A DNA stretch of 63,925 nt, filler included, from Octopus bimaculoides (GCF_001194135.2; 6 parts of 6 records of this genome joined end to end with filler, not necessarily neighbours in it), one strand, 5' to 3'. Shown: positions 1 through 12,707, counted from the whole stretch's first letter. A program made the numbers and translations. Notes: a model not told the origin generated them from the sequence alone.

Positions 1-642
1 GCTGTATTTATTGTACTTGTGGCTATGGCGAAAGAATGCATCTGGTGGACTTGTCTGAAAGGATTAGAGACAAACACTTTCCTCTCTGGTCAATCTCTCA
101 CCAACTTTTTCAAGTATCACTTGAAAAGGAAGGTGAGAGTAGAGAGGCAAGTGTTGTCTAGCAAATGTTTCGAAAAAAGATGGATACATGTAGCAAGAAT
201 GGCACGTATGACCGACGAAGCCACCTTGACCATGATTCTATAAAACGTTTAAAATTTTGTAAACAGAGAGTTACTTACGTTTCTTGCATAAATAAAAGGA
301 ATTTTATTTAACAAATTGTGACACTAAGGACCGAGGTTACTGTGGTCTTTTCCGTAGGTTTTTCTTTCCACGGATAACCTCCCCATTTATTGGGAAATTT
401 TTGTAAGATTTTTTTTTTTTTTGTACATACCCCAAACGTTTTCTCGATGCCTTTTCATCGTCATCCCCATTTTATTTTTTTTTACTTTATTTTCGTCCCC
501 ATCGAAAAGAAAAACTCTACATTTGTATTTTGTCCCCTCTATCTATCTATCTATCTAGCTAGCTAGCTAGTTAGCTATCACTCTCTCTAAATATATATAT
601 GTATTTATAGAAGAAAAGTCTCCGTCCAGCAAAAAAAAAAAG
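1..642 (+). mobile_element. 3' end of an L1/Tx1-like non-LTR retrotransposon (ORF2 C-terminus, 3' UTR, poly(A) tail), cut by the window edge
   Basis: The frame is open from position 1 to the stop at 243 (AVFIVLVAMAKECIWWTCLKGL...KRKVRVER...KRW). This resembles the AKxxIWxxR motif at the end of L1/Tx1 ORF2. A T-rich UTR follows and ends in A12 at 631-642. Confidence 0.6.
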
Positions 643-1300
643 TTACAACTCATGGTACACAGTTTTACAAGAAACTAGAAAAATACAACACATATGTGTG
701 CGTGTGTGTCTATATGTATGTACGCAAATTATGTATGCAAATTATCTTGGCCATAAATATAAATGTATTCACCTCGTTTTGTATAAGTCTATGTCCCATG
801 GCCGTTGGGAATCTGTTGAACAATTGTCGTGCTGGTGCTGTCTATTGACAGACAAAAAGCCTGTTCTTTTCCTTAATGGCACATGAATTTTGGAGAATTC
901 TTGATTCTTGAGATCATCTCCTCTTCTCATATGGAGTTCTTCTCAATTGTCATTTAATAATTGTGGTATGCCACTGACCACTTTAAGTTTAACTCATTTT
1001 TGTTTAGTTATGTGTGCATATGTTGTGTGTACGTGTGCATGTATTATACCCACACAATTATCACATAAACGAGCAAATGTTGTTTATATATTTAACACAA
1101 GTTGGTTATTAAAACACTGTATGATAAACTGGTGGTTACCAATTGCTACTACTTACTTAAAATCCTCTAGAAACTAATCTAATCACTAATTAATGACTAA
1201 GGAATTGTTGTTAACTAATCTGTAACAAATTTCCATCAATTATCGCTCACAGCAAGCAATGCAACCCCATCCACAACAATAGAACATAACACCATCACTA

Positions 1301-1322
1301 TAACCCTAACCCTAACCCTAAC
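1301..1322 (-). repeat. Short interstitial (TTAGGG)n-type repeat, about 3.5 units
   Basis: The + strand reads TAACCC TAACCC TAACCC TAAC. Confidence 0.7.
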
Positions 1323-1546
1323 ACACCACAAACGCCATCACCACACACATCAACATCACGAACACCACAACCAGCATCACCATTATCATTAACATCACCA
1401 CAACTAGCACGGCACCACCACTACCACCGACACCATGCTACCACTACCTCGTTAATCCGCTTACCAAACCAAAACTCTCCAAGTTGTATTTCCGGTGTCA
1501 TTAAACTTACTTTAATCCTTCATTGATGTCTTCTTAAAACATTTTT

Positions 1547-1598
<52 letters not shown>

Positions 1599-1824
1599 GC
1601 GTCATCATCATCATCATCANNNNNNNNNNNNNNNNNNNNNNNNNNNNNNNNNNNNNNNNNNNNNNNNNNNNNNNNNNNNNNNNNNNNNNNNNNNNNNNNN
1701 NNNNNNNNNNNNNNNNNNNNNNNNNNNNNNNNNNNNNNNNNNNNNNNNNNNNNNAACACACCACAAACGCCATCACCACACACATCAACATCACGAACAC
1801 CACAACCAGCATCACCATTATCAT
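1320..1824 (+). repeat. 70-bp direct duplication (1320-1389 and 1755-1824); the second copy starts right after an N gap
   Basis: AACACACCACAAACGCCATCACC...ACCAGCATCACCATTATCAT occurs twice, separated by unique sequence, (CAT)n and a gap. Confidence 0.8.
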
Positions 1825-2026
1825 CACTATTCCTTTCCTCCTTCTCTTCCTCTCTCCTCCCTCTCTTCCGTTCCTACACATTTTTTATGCCATTTCACCG
1901 TTTACTTGTTTTATGTGAGTTCTTATACCTATCATACGTACATGTGTCTCTGTATGTATACACGTGCACGCATGTACGTATATATAACATATACACATGC
2001 ACACTCACACACATATATACATTTGT

Positions 2027-2063
<37 letters not shown>

Positions 2064-2413
2064 GATGAGGGCGACGATGATGATAGCATTAAGATTACTT
2101 TTTCTCTGCCTTCTAAATCTATTTTGCTGCTGCCATGAAGACAAACTGTCGCGATTATTTATTAATTTCTGTGAATGCAATATTCGTCATCAGCAGACAA
2201 AAGTACATTTAAAAAAATTAATCTAATGAAATTGAATTGTCTGTAAACATTCTAAGGAATACTTTCCACACTTCTAGAATTGATTTTTAAAAAAGCCCCC
2301 AAAAATGAATTGAACCTTAAAACTATTAATAATATATTTACGATATGCATATCTTTTAAGTCAAATCAAGATCGTAAAAAGCTGTTGGTGCCAGCAATAT
2401 GAATGGACTCTGT

Positions 2414-2477
<64 letters not shown>

Positions 2478-2668
2478 GCGAAAGTCTGCGTGAGAGAGAG
2501 AGGGAGAAAGTCTGAAAGAGGGAGAGAGAGAGAGTCTACGAGACAGAAAGAGAGTTTTCATGTCAGTATGAGAGAGAAAGTGTGTATGTGTGTGCTAAGC
2601 CACCATGATAGTTTTAGCTAACAAATTTGTACGAAAAATTTCCTCCTCGAATATTCTATATATATGTT

Positions 2669-2794
2669 GGGCTTCTTTTAGTTTCTGTTAACCAAACACA
2701 CTAACGTTTCAGTCAGCCCGAGGCTATAGTAGATGACACTTACTAAAGGTATCACTCAGTGGGACTGAACACGGAACTATGTGGTTGGGAAGCC
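2669..2794 (-). mobile_element. tRNA-derived SINE, head/core fragment (family A, same family as 63798-63925)
   Basis: The reverse complement aligns by eye with the copy at 63798: ...CCCAACCACATAGTTCCGTGTTCAGTCCCACTGAG...CTACTATAGCCTCGGGCTGAC. Confidence 0.75.
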
Positions 2795-3048
2795 CATTCC
2801 ATATATGTGATACAAACTTGTTATATCACATCATATATTGCCAGTCAGGTAAGATTCTGATCTGAGTGCATTCCCCGCACATAATATATATCTCATTATG
2901 ACATATCCAACAGATATAAAGTTGTAATGATTAAACATGCATACATCACTATATATATNNNNNNNNNNNNNNNNNNNNNNNNNNNNNNNNNNNNNNNNNN
3001 NNNNNNNNNNNNNNNNNNNNNNNNNNNNNNNNNNNNNNNNNNNNNNNN

Positions 3049-3079
<31 letters not shown>

Positions 3080-3159
3080 TTGATACTGGCAGTATATTTT
3101 ATATATGCATGTGAATGTTAAAAGTAATGGAGGTAAATATACTTTAGAAAATAATTTCC

Positions 3160-3530
3160 CGGACATGCCTGTGTGGTTAAAATACTCGCTTTGCAATCAA
3201 ATAGTTTCGGTATTTTGGAAAAGGGTCTTCTACTACAGCCCCGGGACAACCAATGCCTTGGGAGTGAATTTAGCAGGCAGAAAACTATGTGGAAACCTGT
3301 CATGTGTATACACACAAACATATATATGTGTGTTTGTATTTATTACACACGCACTCACACATACACACACCGCTTGATAACTCGTGTTGGTTTGTTTACA
3401 TCTCCGTAACTTAGTGGTTCGGCAAAAAATGTACCAAACGTTGAAAACATGAGTACTGGGATCGTTTGTTCGACTAAACATCTTCAAGGTTGTGCATCAG
3501 CATGGCCCTAATCCAATGAAAGATCGAATT
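3160..3530 (+). mobile_element. Degenerate near-full-length SINE family A
   Basis: It has a head (CCTGTGTGGTTAA...GGGTCTTCTACTACAGCCCCGGG), an internal (CA)n and the shared tail (CCGCTTGATAAC...GTAACTTAGTGGTTCGGCAAAA...CTTCAAGG...CAGCATGGCC). Confidence 0.7.
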
Positions 3531-3889
3531 CAGACACCATTTACGTCCACCAAACAGTATCCCAGATTTAATGTGTCATAATTTCAAGTATTAAAGTTGT
3601 AGCGAAAGATTTATTGTGTTTTCTTTGTAATTGTTATTATAAAAGTTTATATCATCTGTTCTAGTATGACACATAAATGTGTTCCATATGAAAGTTTTAA
3701 AATTCTAATAAACTATTTATTTTATATTCAAAAAAAGTTATATGCGAGTTATTATATGGATGTAGCGGAATTGATTTGCTATATCGGATATCTAATGGGA
3801 TGAATACGTGGAGTTTTTGTTATCCTAAAAGATGGTGGAATTGAGGGGCTAGATGAAAGATGTCAGTGCTGAATACAGCAGTCAAATAC

Positions 3890-4170
3890 TCCTTAACATT
3901 GCGGCATCAAAAGTTGGTGTAGTAGTCTTGCGGTGCTCATCTTGCAGACGTGGCCAAACCACTGTAACCTGCGTCCTACTGCACTTGGTCTTCACTGGTC
4001 AGCTGTTTGGATGTTAAGTTCTCGGATGTTGTTTGAGATTCGGTCGCACAGTGGGATACCAAAGATCTGACGAAGATACCGCATTTGGAACAGCTCGAGT
4101 TTGTTCAGATCCCGCTTGCGGATGGTCCAGGTCTCAGCGCTGGGCACTGCATCAAAAAAGACATGGGGCG
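3890..4170 (-). mobile_element. RTE-clade LINE C-terminal fragment (degenerate)
   Basis: The minus strand translates to AETWTIRKRDLNKLELFQMRYLRQIFGI...DRISN...*...RRLQWFGHVCKM. This matches the ETWT...LRxILGI...RRLxWxGHV block that follows the RT in RTE ORFs. Confidence 0.8.
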
Positions 4171-4545
4171 ATTAAAATTGGAGAAGCCCTGAAGTCGTAG
4201 TGCCTCGACCTCAATTGTGCTAAGGCCAGCACCATGGATCGGAAAGTGTGGAATTATATCATCACCAGAGCCTGTCATCCAGCGACACCCAGCGTATTTG
4301 TTGGGAGGATAACCTTCCCATCCGGTCGCTCGGTACTTTACTTATTTATTTACTTACTTCTAAGCATTGACATCCCCACTGAAAGAAATACAAAATTTCA
4401 AGAACAAAACTCAAAAAAAGCTCGGTGAATGCAATTGGAGCATTGTTAATTTAGAATAGCCAAATATATTTCATACTTGACGTATATACAAGTATGATGA
4501 TGTAGTTTGTTTTTGTCTGCAGGAAAAAAACTCTTGCGTCCATAC

Positions 4546-4579
<34 letters not shown>

Positions 4580-5386
4580 GTGCGCGCGCATTTGTATGCA
4601 TATACATATCAAATTGAGGGAGTGGAGCAAATAAAATCCAGGCTATATATTTCCTGGATTTTACTCGCCCCGCTCCCTCAATTTGGATTTTTATTCGCAT
4701 TCATAGCAACTTAAGTTGCTATCCGTGAGCTATAAAAAGTTTATTTATTGAACATCTGTATGGGAAACGACTAAAACCTTTGATGCCAATAAATTGTTAT
4801 TATTCCTAAACGTTGTTTTTTTTTATAGCTACTACAATCTGCTCGAAGCTTACAAACTATGATTGCTGAAAACACAAACACAAATTGCTAAAACATAACA
4901 ATGAAAATATGTACATGAATACACTGAGTACAAAATACTTTAGACAATACGTCACACACACTACCAAGGGGAAACTGACTGAAAAGTGAATAGGTGCGAA
5001 GCAGGAGTGCTATTCGGAAAATATGAAGAAAAGAAAACTAGATAATGTTTAAAAATTTTTAAATAGATTTCCAAATAAAGTCACATCTTCACTCACAATC
5101 CTTCATTTAATTTTAAAGTAAAATAATTATAAAAACTGCAGTTACTACAGGCAGTATTTAAAATATGAATCCTAAACAGTATATAATATCTAAAGTTAGA
5201 AAATGTGAAAATTGACAACACTCTAAACGAAACCAAATTTCAGCATTTCATCCCTCCTGTTGCTTACAGGAGAGATTTCTCCGAACACTGATTATTTTCC
5301 AATCAGAAAAAGAAAAAAAAAAAGGTAGAAATTTCGAAACGACATGCTGTACTGCATAACATTCGTGCCGGAGGCTCCAATATGAA

Positions 5387-5487
5387 CAGATGGTGAACAT
5401 AGGGAACAGCCGTTGGCTTGACGTGTCCCCAAAACGAGAGTGATAAAAATCAAACATCCAGTCAACATCATGGTGTTTGGAGTGATT
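5387..5487 (+). mobile_element. Tc1/mariner-superfamily (maT/DD37D-like) transposase fragment
   Basis: Translates as QMVNIGNSRWLDVSP, then after a frameshift VIKIKHPVNIMVFGVI. This resembles the N-x-R-W-L...KHP-x-x-(V/I)MV(F/W)G segment after the first catalytic Asp. Confidence 0.6.
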
Positions 5488-6672
5488 TGAGGGACTTATT
5501 TTTTGTACATATGTCTGTGTCCACTTAGGAGAATCTGTCTGGTACTTGGGTCTCGTATTTGTTGTCGGTGAATGGTCAGTTTATAATTTCAAAAATAGAA
5601 CTTGTGATTTTAGGTAGTAGTTTTGCTAAAATCTTGAATATGATAGCCCTTAACGGCCTTTAATTTTGCTTGCCATTAGTAGCGTCTCTTCGTCAATCGC
5701 ATGAAAATCGATATATTTGTTTCTAGCTGATCTAGTTAATGATGTATCACATTTATTGGCACTCATATAAATTTTTGGCTGCAACTAGATTAACAAATCT
5801 GAAATTTGGACAGAATGGGTATCATCATCGTCTTCAAATATAACTGATACACTGTGTAGCAGATCTGCTTGGCAAAGGGGAGATAAATACAGTGTATGCT
5901 CGGCTTCGGTGTCAAGTTTTTTGATTGAAGACCCGGAGTTTCAAGGATTCAATTGGCTTTTAGTTGGAATGTATCGGAAACAGAGCAGTAATTTGAATTT
6001 TCTCATAAGTAAACAAATAGAAAATGTAACTTGCTTCCGCTCAGAATATTAACTGGCGAGCAGCGGGAGCAATATCCTAAGCTCTTCGGTTACACGCAAA
6101 CTGCAATTACAACCGCGTCCGTTATATACCTTTATTTTTGCCCTCTACTCTATGTAATTAAAGGCTTCTCTATTTGTCTGTCCTTCAAATGCTAGAAGCG
6201 TTTTGATAATGAAATCTAGCTACGTTTGATTCTGTGTCCGAAGGAATAAACGTATTGTGTACATCAAGATTTGAATGAATTTTTTGGTAAGCCTGATACA
6301 TGGTTTATCTGTGTTATCAACAGCTACGACATTGAATTTGTACATCAGCTCCTCTTACATGAATTTATTGCTAATTAGGACATTAGCTGTATTTCTATAG
6401 TTACATTCACGCAGGGGTGATTTTCTAGTGTTGTTAGATATTTTAATCATAGTAGAAAATTTGAGACCCTATGTTACTTAAACAACTACAGCTGACCTTA
6501 ATAGTATTGTGTTAAAAGTTTATTTATATGTCTAGGAAGCAGAGAAATTAGGAATTTCTTATCTGTATAGGAAGCAGAAAAGTGAGAATTTATCAATGTT
6601 GGAAAGGAGCCTTGTTATTTTTGTACCCACAGTCGTAATCATGTCATATTTTCTTTTAATATGCACATTTAT

Positions 6673-6721
<49 letters not shown>

Positions 6722-7517
6722 ACCATCTGTGTATGAACGTGTCTGCATGTTTATGTAACGGGTTTTGCTGGGACAATCAGTGATGGGAGAGTTGGCTGAG
6801 TATTTTCAGACATGTCAGGAATATTTATGAGATTAACAGTTAACTTGTCAATGGACCAACACAAAATCATATTAACATATAACAAGAGCAACAACAACAA
6901 CAATAATACACCGGACCACAATGATTTGGAGAGAAAGGAGGAGAATAGAGAAAAAGTATATTTATTTTCTTTCGTATTTTCCCTCCCCACATCAGTATCA
7001 TCACCACCACCACCACTGTGGCGATGATCGTTTAATCTTAACATCATATAGTTGCCAAAATTGTAGCGTGAATAGCATCATCATCATCATCATCATCACC
7101 AATAACAACCATAACATCAATACAGCAATAACAACAACAATTACAACAGCAGTTATCACTCTTGTAATAACAATGCCATTGTCCCCACAAGAAAAGTAAA
7201 GCTCTAAGTTGCATCTATTTTTATATATCACGCCTATTGACTATTCTCTTCACTATCTTACCGATCGATAGATCTTTTCATTGATATATTTATGTGTGTG
7301 TGTGTGAGTGTGTGTGTGTTAATCTATGTATTTTTCTATTTATCGATTTCTGTCTCTTTTCACGCCCCCTTTTCACTCACCTTTACTCCTCTCCGCCTCC
7401 TCACTCCGTCTCTCTCTTTCCCTCTCTTTCGTCACCCCCCCTTTCTCTTAAACCATCGAACTATGCAAGCCTCTGATAATGCCATCATGATGTCATATTC
7501 TTATTACAGTGTGTATA

Positions 7518-7550
<33 letters not shown>

Positions 7551-8304
7551 AGACAGTGTTTGTGCGACTGTATGTGAGACTGTTTGTGTGAATGTGTGTG
7601 TGTGTGTGTCGCAGTACTTGCGTATATGCATATGTGAATGCGTGTTTACTGCATGCAAAAATGCATTTGTGTGTCGAAGTGTATTTGCATGTGTATACGC
7701 GTGTGTATGTGTACCACAGTGCATTCTCTATATGTGAGCGCATGTGAATTACTGAGCTTAAGGAAAGCAGATGCAGATGATCGTACAGAAAGGTAGATTT
7801 AGCAGACGATCTGCTTTCATATAACGAAGCTAACGACTTTATTTAAAATGGATCAAGTAAATATTATGGTAAGACTGTTTACCTGAATTCGGTTTTAGCT
7901 ACCAGATTTCCACACTCTGACTTATTTTATTGAAAACCCTTTTTGTGTTTTTGTTGTTTTCGTTTTATTTTTGTATTTGTTGTAATTATTATGGAGTTTG
8001 TGAATTTTTTGGGAAAAAATTCTTACAAGATTGCTGAGTGGAATAAAAGAAGCAAGCATTACATGCTTTATTTGATTCACTATGGACATTTGTTTCTTTT
8101 TAAACATAACTCGAGTTTTGGAATAATGTTACCATGAAAATCTAACTTTGGAGCTATAACCTGTATGTCAGATTTAAAATATGATACTTTGTAAAATATT
8201 GTCCTAAAACTGCAAATCTCTGATAATTGTAATAGTGACAATCCGGACATTTGCCTGTCAAGTCGAAATATGCAGTCTTGAAATGTTTGTTTGCCAAATT
8301 AAAA

Positions 8305-10833
8305 ATGGTTCTCCTGCTAAGAACCGAATATGTTTATCCATTTACACTTTTACTAATATTGGGTACCGTGCCGTTGTCATTGGAGATTAATGTAACCAGT
8401 ATTTGTCAAACTCCTAAGAACTTCGGGAAACATAGGATTAAAACTGATTCTTATTGTCCGCGTTGTCTCACAAGAGAACGAATATTTGGCTTAAAGTGTG
8501 TTTTTCCAATTATCGATGAAGTTAACTTTTCGAACAAAATCCCAGAGTGTTTAAGACTGGTCAAACGTAAAAGAAAAAAATCGACCGATTTTTTAAATTC
8601 CTTGTATTTTTTTATAAACAGTTACGGAAAAAGCATGTTGATAAACTTGTTCCTACAAAACAATTCCAGGTATTACGAGAGATTTAAATGGGACAGTACT
8701 GAACTAGTCTTCTCAAATATTTCAAATGAAAATAATTTTATATCCAGGTATATTGTTCCACATAAAGATTCTATACTAAGATTCTTGTTCACCAATGGAA
8801 TTGAACAGATTTCTTTGTTTATCTGTCGCAAAACTTTTTCAAAAAGCATTTCTCATGTTCATTTTACCTTGGATTACAGATATTCTTGCACAGACAGAAT
8901 TTATAATTACTATGTAATGAAAACGCTTCATAGAACTGCGTTAATTTTCTCAAATCTTATGGTTGAAAATATATTTATCATAAGTTGTATCAGTATTGGT
9001 AACATCTCTAAAAAAATATGCAATCAACCGACAATGTTATTCCAGTTGCAGTGGAGAAACAGCCAGTATTTTAATATTAGTCACGTATTTCTCAATAGTT
9101 TGAATTCCTTGAAAACAGAAATATATTTTCGTGCTAAAACTACGAATTTTTCTTTAACCAAATTTTGTCTTCTACGCAACGCATCTATTCGAAAATCAGA
9201 ACTGTTAGCACATCGATTTGAGGTGACGCAGGAAAAGAGTCAGGCACCATATAGCATCGATTCTTTTGGTGTTATAAAGAACAATTCTGCTAAACAGCCA
9301 TTGTTTCTAACATCTCAATATAAACTATGGCTTCGTGGATCTAAATATAAAAAACGATTTGATAAATTAAAAAGCTTGTTAATATCCCACTCATCTACAT
9401 ACCAGCTTCCAGTTCGTAAATCTACACCCAAATCATCATTATTAACATTTAGATACGGGTCACTATCATTATTATTTAATTCAATAGAGCAAGAAAAGTG
9501 CGTTGCTGTAGTGACATACAATATTTTTCTAGAAAATTCAGCATTCATCGGAAATTATTCTAAAACTACACAAGCGTTTAGTTTTAATTTTACTTCCGAA
9601 AACTTGATAAAATCTCATTGTAATTCTTCATTCATAAGCGAAAATGCCAGCGTCAAAAGAACTCAACAGCAGACTATGAAAAAGAAATCCATGACAAATT
9701 GTGATTATTACAGTTCGCTATCTAGAAGGAAGCGAGAACTACTGCGATACAAAGGACTTCTTGCTCACGGTATATCACCGAATGCAAAGAGGCAAAATCT
9801 TTCTCCGTTAAATTATGCATCATGGAGACGGAAGTTTAACAAATTTATAGGGCATTCAGAGGTAATCCTCGGTATGGGCAATCAAGATTTAAATATGTGC
9901 AAGCAGAGTGTTAACTGTAAGCTTCCTACATGTTGGTGTTTTGGAAGAAAGCCTAGTTTTGATAGCAGGAACATACCCCAGTTCGTATATTTCACGTTCG
10001 ACGGAATTGTTGACAAGATCACCCGCAAGAAAATAGCCCAACTTTTTTCACAGGACAGAACCAACGAGAATGGGTGTCATATTCGTGCCACGATCTTTAT
10101 AACCGGTCTGGTATCAGATTACAAAGAGATTAATTGGCTCTATAAAGCTGGACATGAAATAGCATTGTATGGTCTTAGCAATGATCTTGTTGATCCCTTC
10201 ATGAAGCATCTTGAAATACCTGTTCAGAAGAAATTACTCGAACGCTATGCAGGAATCTCTGATTTATATGTAACTGGCTGGAGAAACGTCCACGACACAT
10301 CAAAATGGCATAAACAACTGGACAGTTTTAAAAAATACAATATGGTGTATGATTCTTCTATTGTAATTAGACCGTCAAGCGTCACAGAACAAGGAATATG
10401 GCCATTTACATTAGAATTTGGTTGGGATGAAAATTGCAAAAATAGCAGTTGTAGGTTCAAAACAAAGGAATCAGAAGTATTGTGGGAAATTCCTTCAATT
10501 CTTTATTCGAATTTTAAAACTTCTAAATTATGTTATTATATTGACGACTGCTTTAATGATTCCCATACATCGTTAGAAACCTATGACAACCTTGTTCGTA
10601 ATTTCTTCATTGCCCACAAATCTAAAATGCCCTTTGGTGTACGCTTGAGAAAATACTGGTTTGATAAACAAAATAAAGCGAATTTTGGGGGCCTTGATGC
10701 GTTTATAAAATTTCTGTTAGACCTCGATAATGTGTACTTAATTAGTATATCTGATCTTGTTGGATGGATGCGACATCCACAACCGATTTTTACTGAGAGA
10801 AATATCAAAAGTTTTCTTGGTATTGGATGTTAA
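8305..10833 (+). CDS. Secreted 842-aa protein: signal-like N-terminus, about 500-aa unrecognised region, and a C-terminal chitin-deacetylase-like (CE4) domain predicted to be catalytically inactive
   Basis: Uninterrupted ORF. The track starts at TTG 8251, but the first ATG is at 8305 in AAAAATGG context. It has a hydrophobic segment FTLLLILGTVPLSL. From C532 it carries animal CDA hallmarks: CKLPTCWC, PQFVYFTFDG, NENGCHIRATIF, EIAL, YDSS, IWPFTLEFG, LWEIP, PFG, DNVYLISISDLVGWMRHP. The catalytic motifs are altered: TFDD to TFDG, HxxxH to YGLSN, RxPY to RNVH, LxH to LR. Confidence 0.9.
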   Translation: MVLLLRTEYVYPFTLLLILGTVPLSLEINVTSICQTPKNFGKHRIKTDSYCPRCLTRERIFGLKCVFPIIDEVNFSNKIPECLRLVKRKRKKSTDFLNSLYFFINSYGKSMLINLFLQNNSRYYERFKWDSTELVFSNISNENNFISRYIVPHKDSILRFLFTNGIEQISLFICRKTFSKSISHVHFTLDYRYSCTDRIYNYYVMKTLHRTALIFSNLMVENIFIISCISIGNISKKICNQPTMLFQLQWRNSQYFNISHVFLNSLNSLKTEIYFRAKTTNFSLTKFCLLRNASIRKSELLAHRFEVTQEKSQAPYSIDSFGVIKNNSAKQPLFLTSQYKLWLRGSKYKKRFDKLKSLLISHSSTYQLPVRKSTPKSSLLTFRYGSLSLLFNSIEQEKCVAVVTYNIFLENSAFIGNYSKTTQAFSFNFTSENLIKSHCNSSFISENASVKRTQQQTMKKKSMTNCDYYSSLSRRKRELLRYKGLLAHGISPNAKRQNLSPLNYASWRRKFNKFIGHSEVILGMGNQDLNMCKQSVNCKLPTCWCFGRKPSFDSRNIPQFVYFTFDGIVDKITRKKIAQLFSQDRTNENGCHIRATIFITGLVSDYKEINWLYKAGHEIALYGLSNDLVDPFMKHLEIPVQKKLLERYAGISDLYVTGWRNVHDTSKWHKQLDSFKKYNMVYDSSIVIRPSSVTEQGIWPFTLEFGWDENCKNSSCRFKTKESEVLWEIPSILYSNFKTSKLCYYIDDCFNDSHTSLETYDNLVRNFFIAHKSKMPFGVRLRKYWFDKQNKANFGGLDAFIKFLLDLDNVYLISISDLVGWMRHPQPIFTERNIKSFLGIGC

Positions 10834-12317
10834 GTATTGATTAACAATGCACACACACACATGCATGCATAAATAAATAAATACATAAATACATACATAG
10901 ATACACATACACACACACACAAATATCATACACCATTCATTTATAATATGAACAAGTTACGAATTACTTCAAGTAAATGACCAAGTAAATTACTTCAGCT
11001 TTAATCCATAATCTTACATCAAACAAGTTCAATTCAGATAACATTTAGATATTTTTAACTTATTACACAATAATTATAATAGTTTCAATATTGTCTATTT
11101 TATACATGTAAAGATGATCATTTTATAAAAGTATTGATTGAAATGTAATCATAAATATGTTTAATAAATTTGAAATGTGAAAAAGAATAAAACCGGTTTG
11201 TTCGTTAAAGAATTTACCTTTATTTCAGCCATTTTGGTTCGTTAAAAGGTTTACCTTTATTTCAACTATTATCTTAACATTTATGTAGTTTCCTGTTCTG
11301 AGTTCAAGTTCTACCTGACACCTCTTTATTTTATATCCTTCCGCGGTTAATAAAATGAATTTCGGTGATATAATGAATTTATTTCAATTGATTGTATCCT
11401 TCCGCTATAATTTGTGATTTAAAGTTAAAATAAAACCTACAAATTATGTGCAAGCTAAAACACACGGTAGATTGACAGATGAAATGTGTTATAATAATAT
11501 TTTATTAATCCCCGAGTGAACGAAAGAATGTCAATGCCAGCAAGATTTAAGCTCACGTTATCAAAGAACAATGTTAAGGAAATTCTGTAAGGAATTTAGC
11601 TAGACGTGTTACCTTTTTAGGCAGTTGCTCCACTCTTTTATCGCATATCGTTTATCATTGTCACCGCTGTCATCGCGCTAGTTTTAATGTTCATTTTTCC
11701 CTTTTCATGTTAACATAGGTGGGGAGATGTAAGATATCTCACCTCTCTAATAAATTGTATTATTTTAGTTTCATTCTAACGTTCCATTATTCCATCGTTC
11801 AAACCCTCCTTTATCAAACTTCGCTCCTATAGCCATTCAGAGCCGATAAAAATAGATGCTGAGGTGATTTGATAGTACGGAAACATATCTTAAGTTGTCT
11901 TCCCTACTTTCGGAAGGAATAGAAGAACATTACTGGTTAATACTGTTTTTCTTTATAACATAATTTACAAACAAATCTCTTATGCACCATTCGTTAAATA
12001 TTTTGTCACTAATTAATTATTATTAATATAGTTAGGTGGCACACTTAATCTAGTGAGCCAAAGAATTTTTAATCAATAAAAATTCTGTATTAAAATGGCA
12101 AATCCTTAATGTTGGTGATAATTTTCGTTAAGAAAAACAAAGGAAATATCATCGAAATCCAGACTGAAAATTCTGACTAATTTCTAGAGTTCAAGTGAAT
12201 CTTAAGTAAGGATCACTAACATAGAACTTGTCTACATGCTGTTGTTCAGCTCCCGGTCAATTTTGCTTCAATACACCTATACTCAAAAGTTGTAGTCGGG
12301 AAAACAATCCCTCTTTG

Positions 12318-12707
12318 TTATGGGTTCTTAAAATATTGTATGATTTCTTGTGTAACGCAGTTGCCAATTTTTATTTGCGTTTTATGTTGGTGTGCATTTG
12401 AGAGTTTATGGAGTGATTCCCTATCATTCATATTTGTATGCCCTACAACTGCAACCTCATTCAGAACTTCCTGATTCATTTCAATGATAGATTTTCTGTG
12501 TTGTTCAGCAAATATGTGGTCTTCCAATTCTGTTTTGGCATAATTTTCCTGGCTGTTTTTCCTAGGGTTATTATATTCTCCTTTTTCTTCAGGCTCTTGA
12601 GTGGTTTCGGCAGATGGTTGCCTTTCAGTCAATGCTTGTGGTCCAATATTCCTCTCGTCTGGTTCGTTATTTCTTTCCTGACTTATATTTAGGTCATTCT
12701 CTACCAC
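12318..12707 (-). mobile_element. Possible N-terminal fragment of an R4/Dong-like non-LTR retrotransposon ORF
   Basis: 129-aa E/N/Q-rich ORF ending in RESLHKL...KTQIKIGN, which weakly recalls the RxxLPKL...N region of R4-clade ORFs. It lies next to a 909-N gap. Confidence 0.3.

Noticed and set aside
8251-8304. TTG-initiated 18-aa extension of gene 1 given by the ORF track
   Set aside because: This is a eukaryotic locus. The ATG at 8305 has good context and places the hydrophobic segment near the N-terminus. An upstream spliced exon cannot be excluded.
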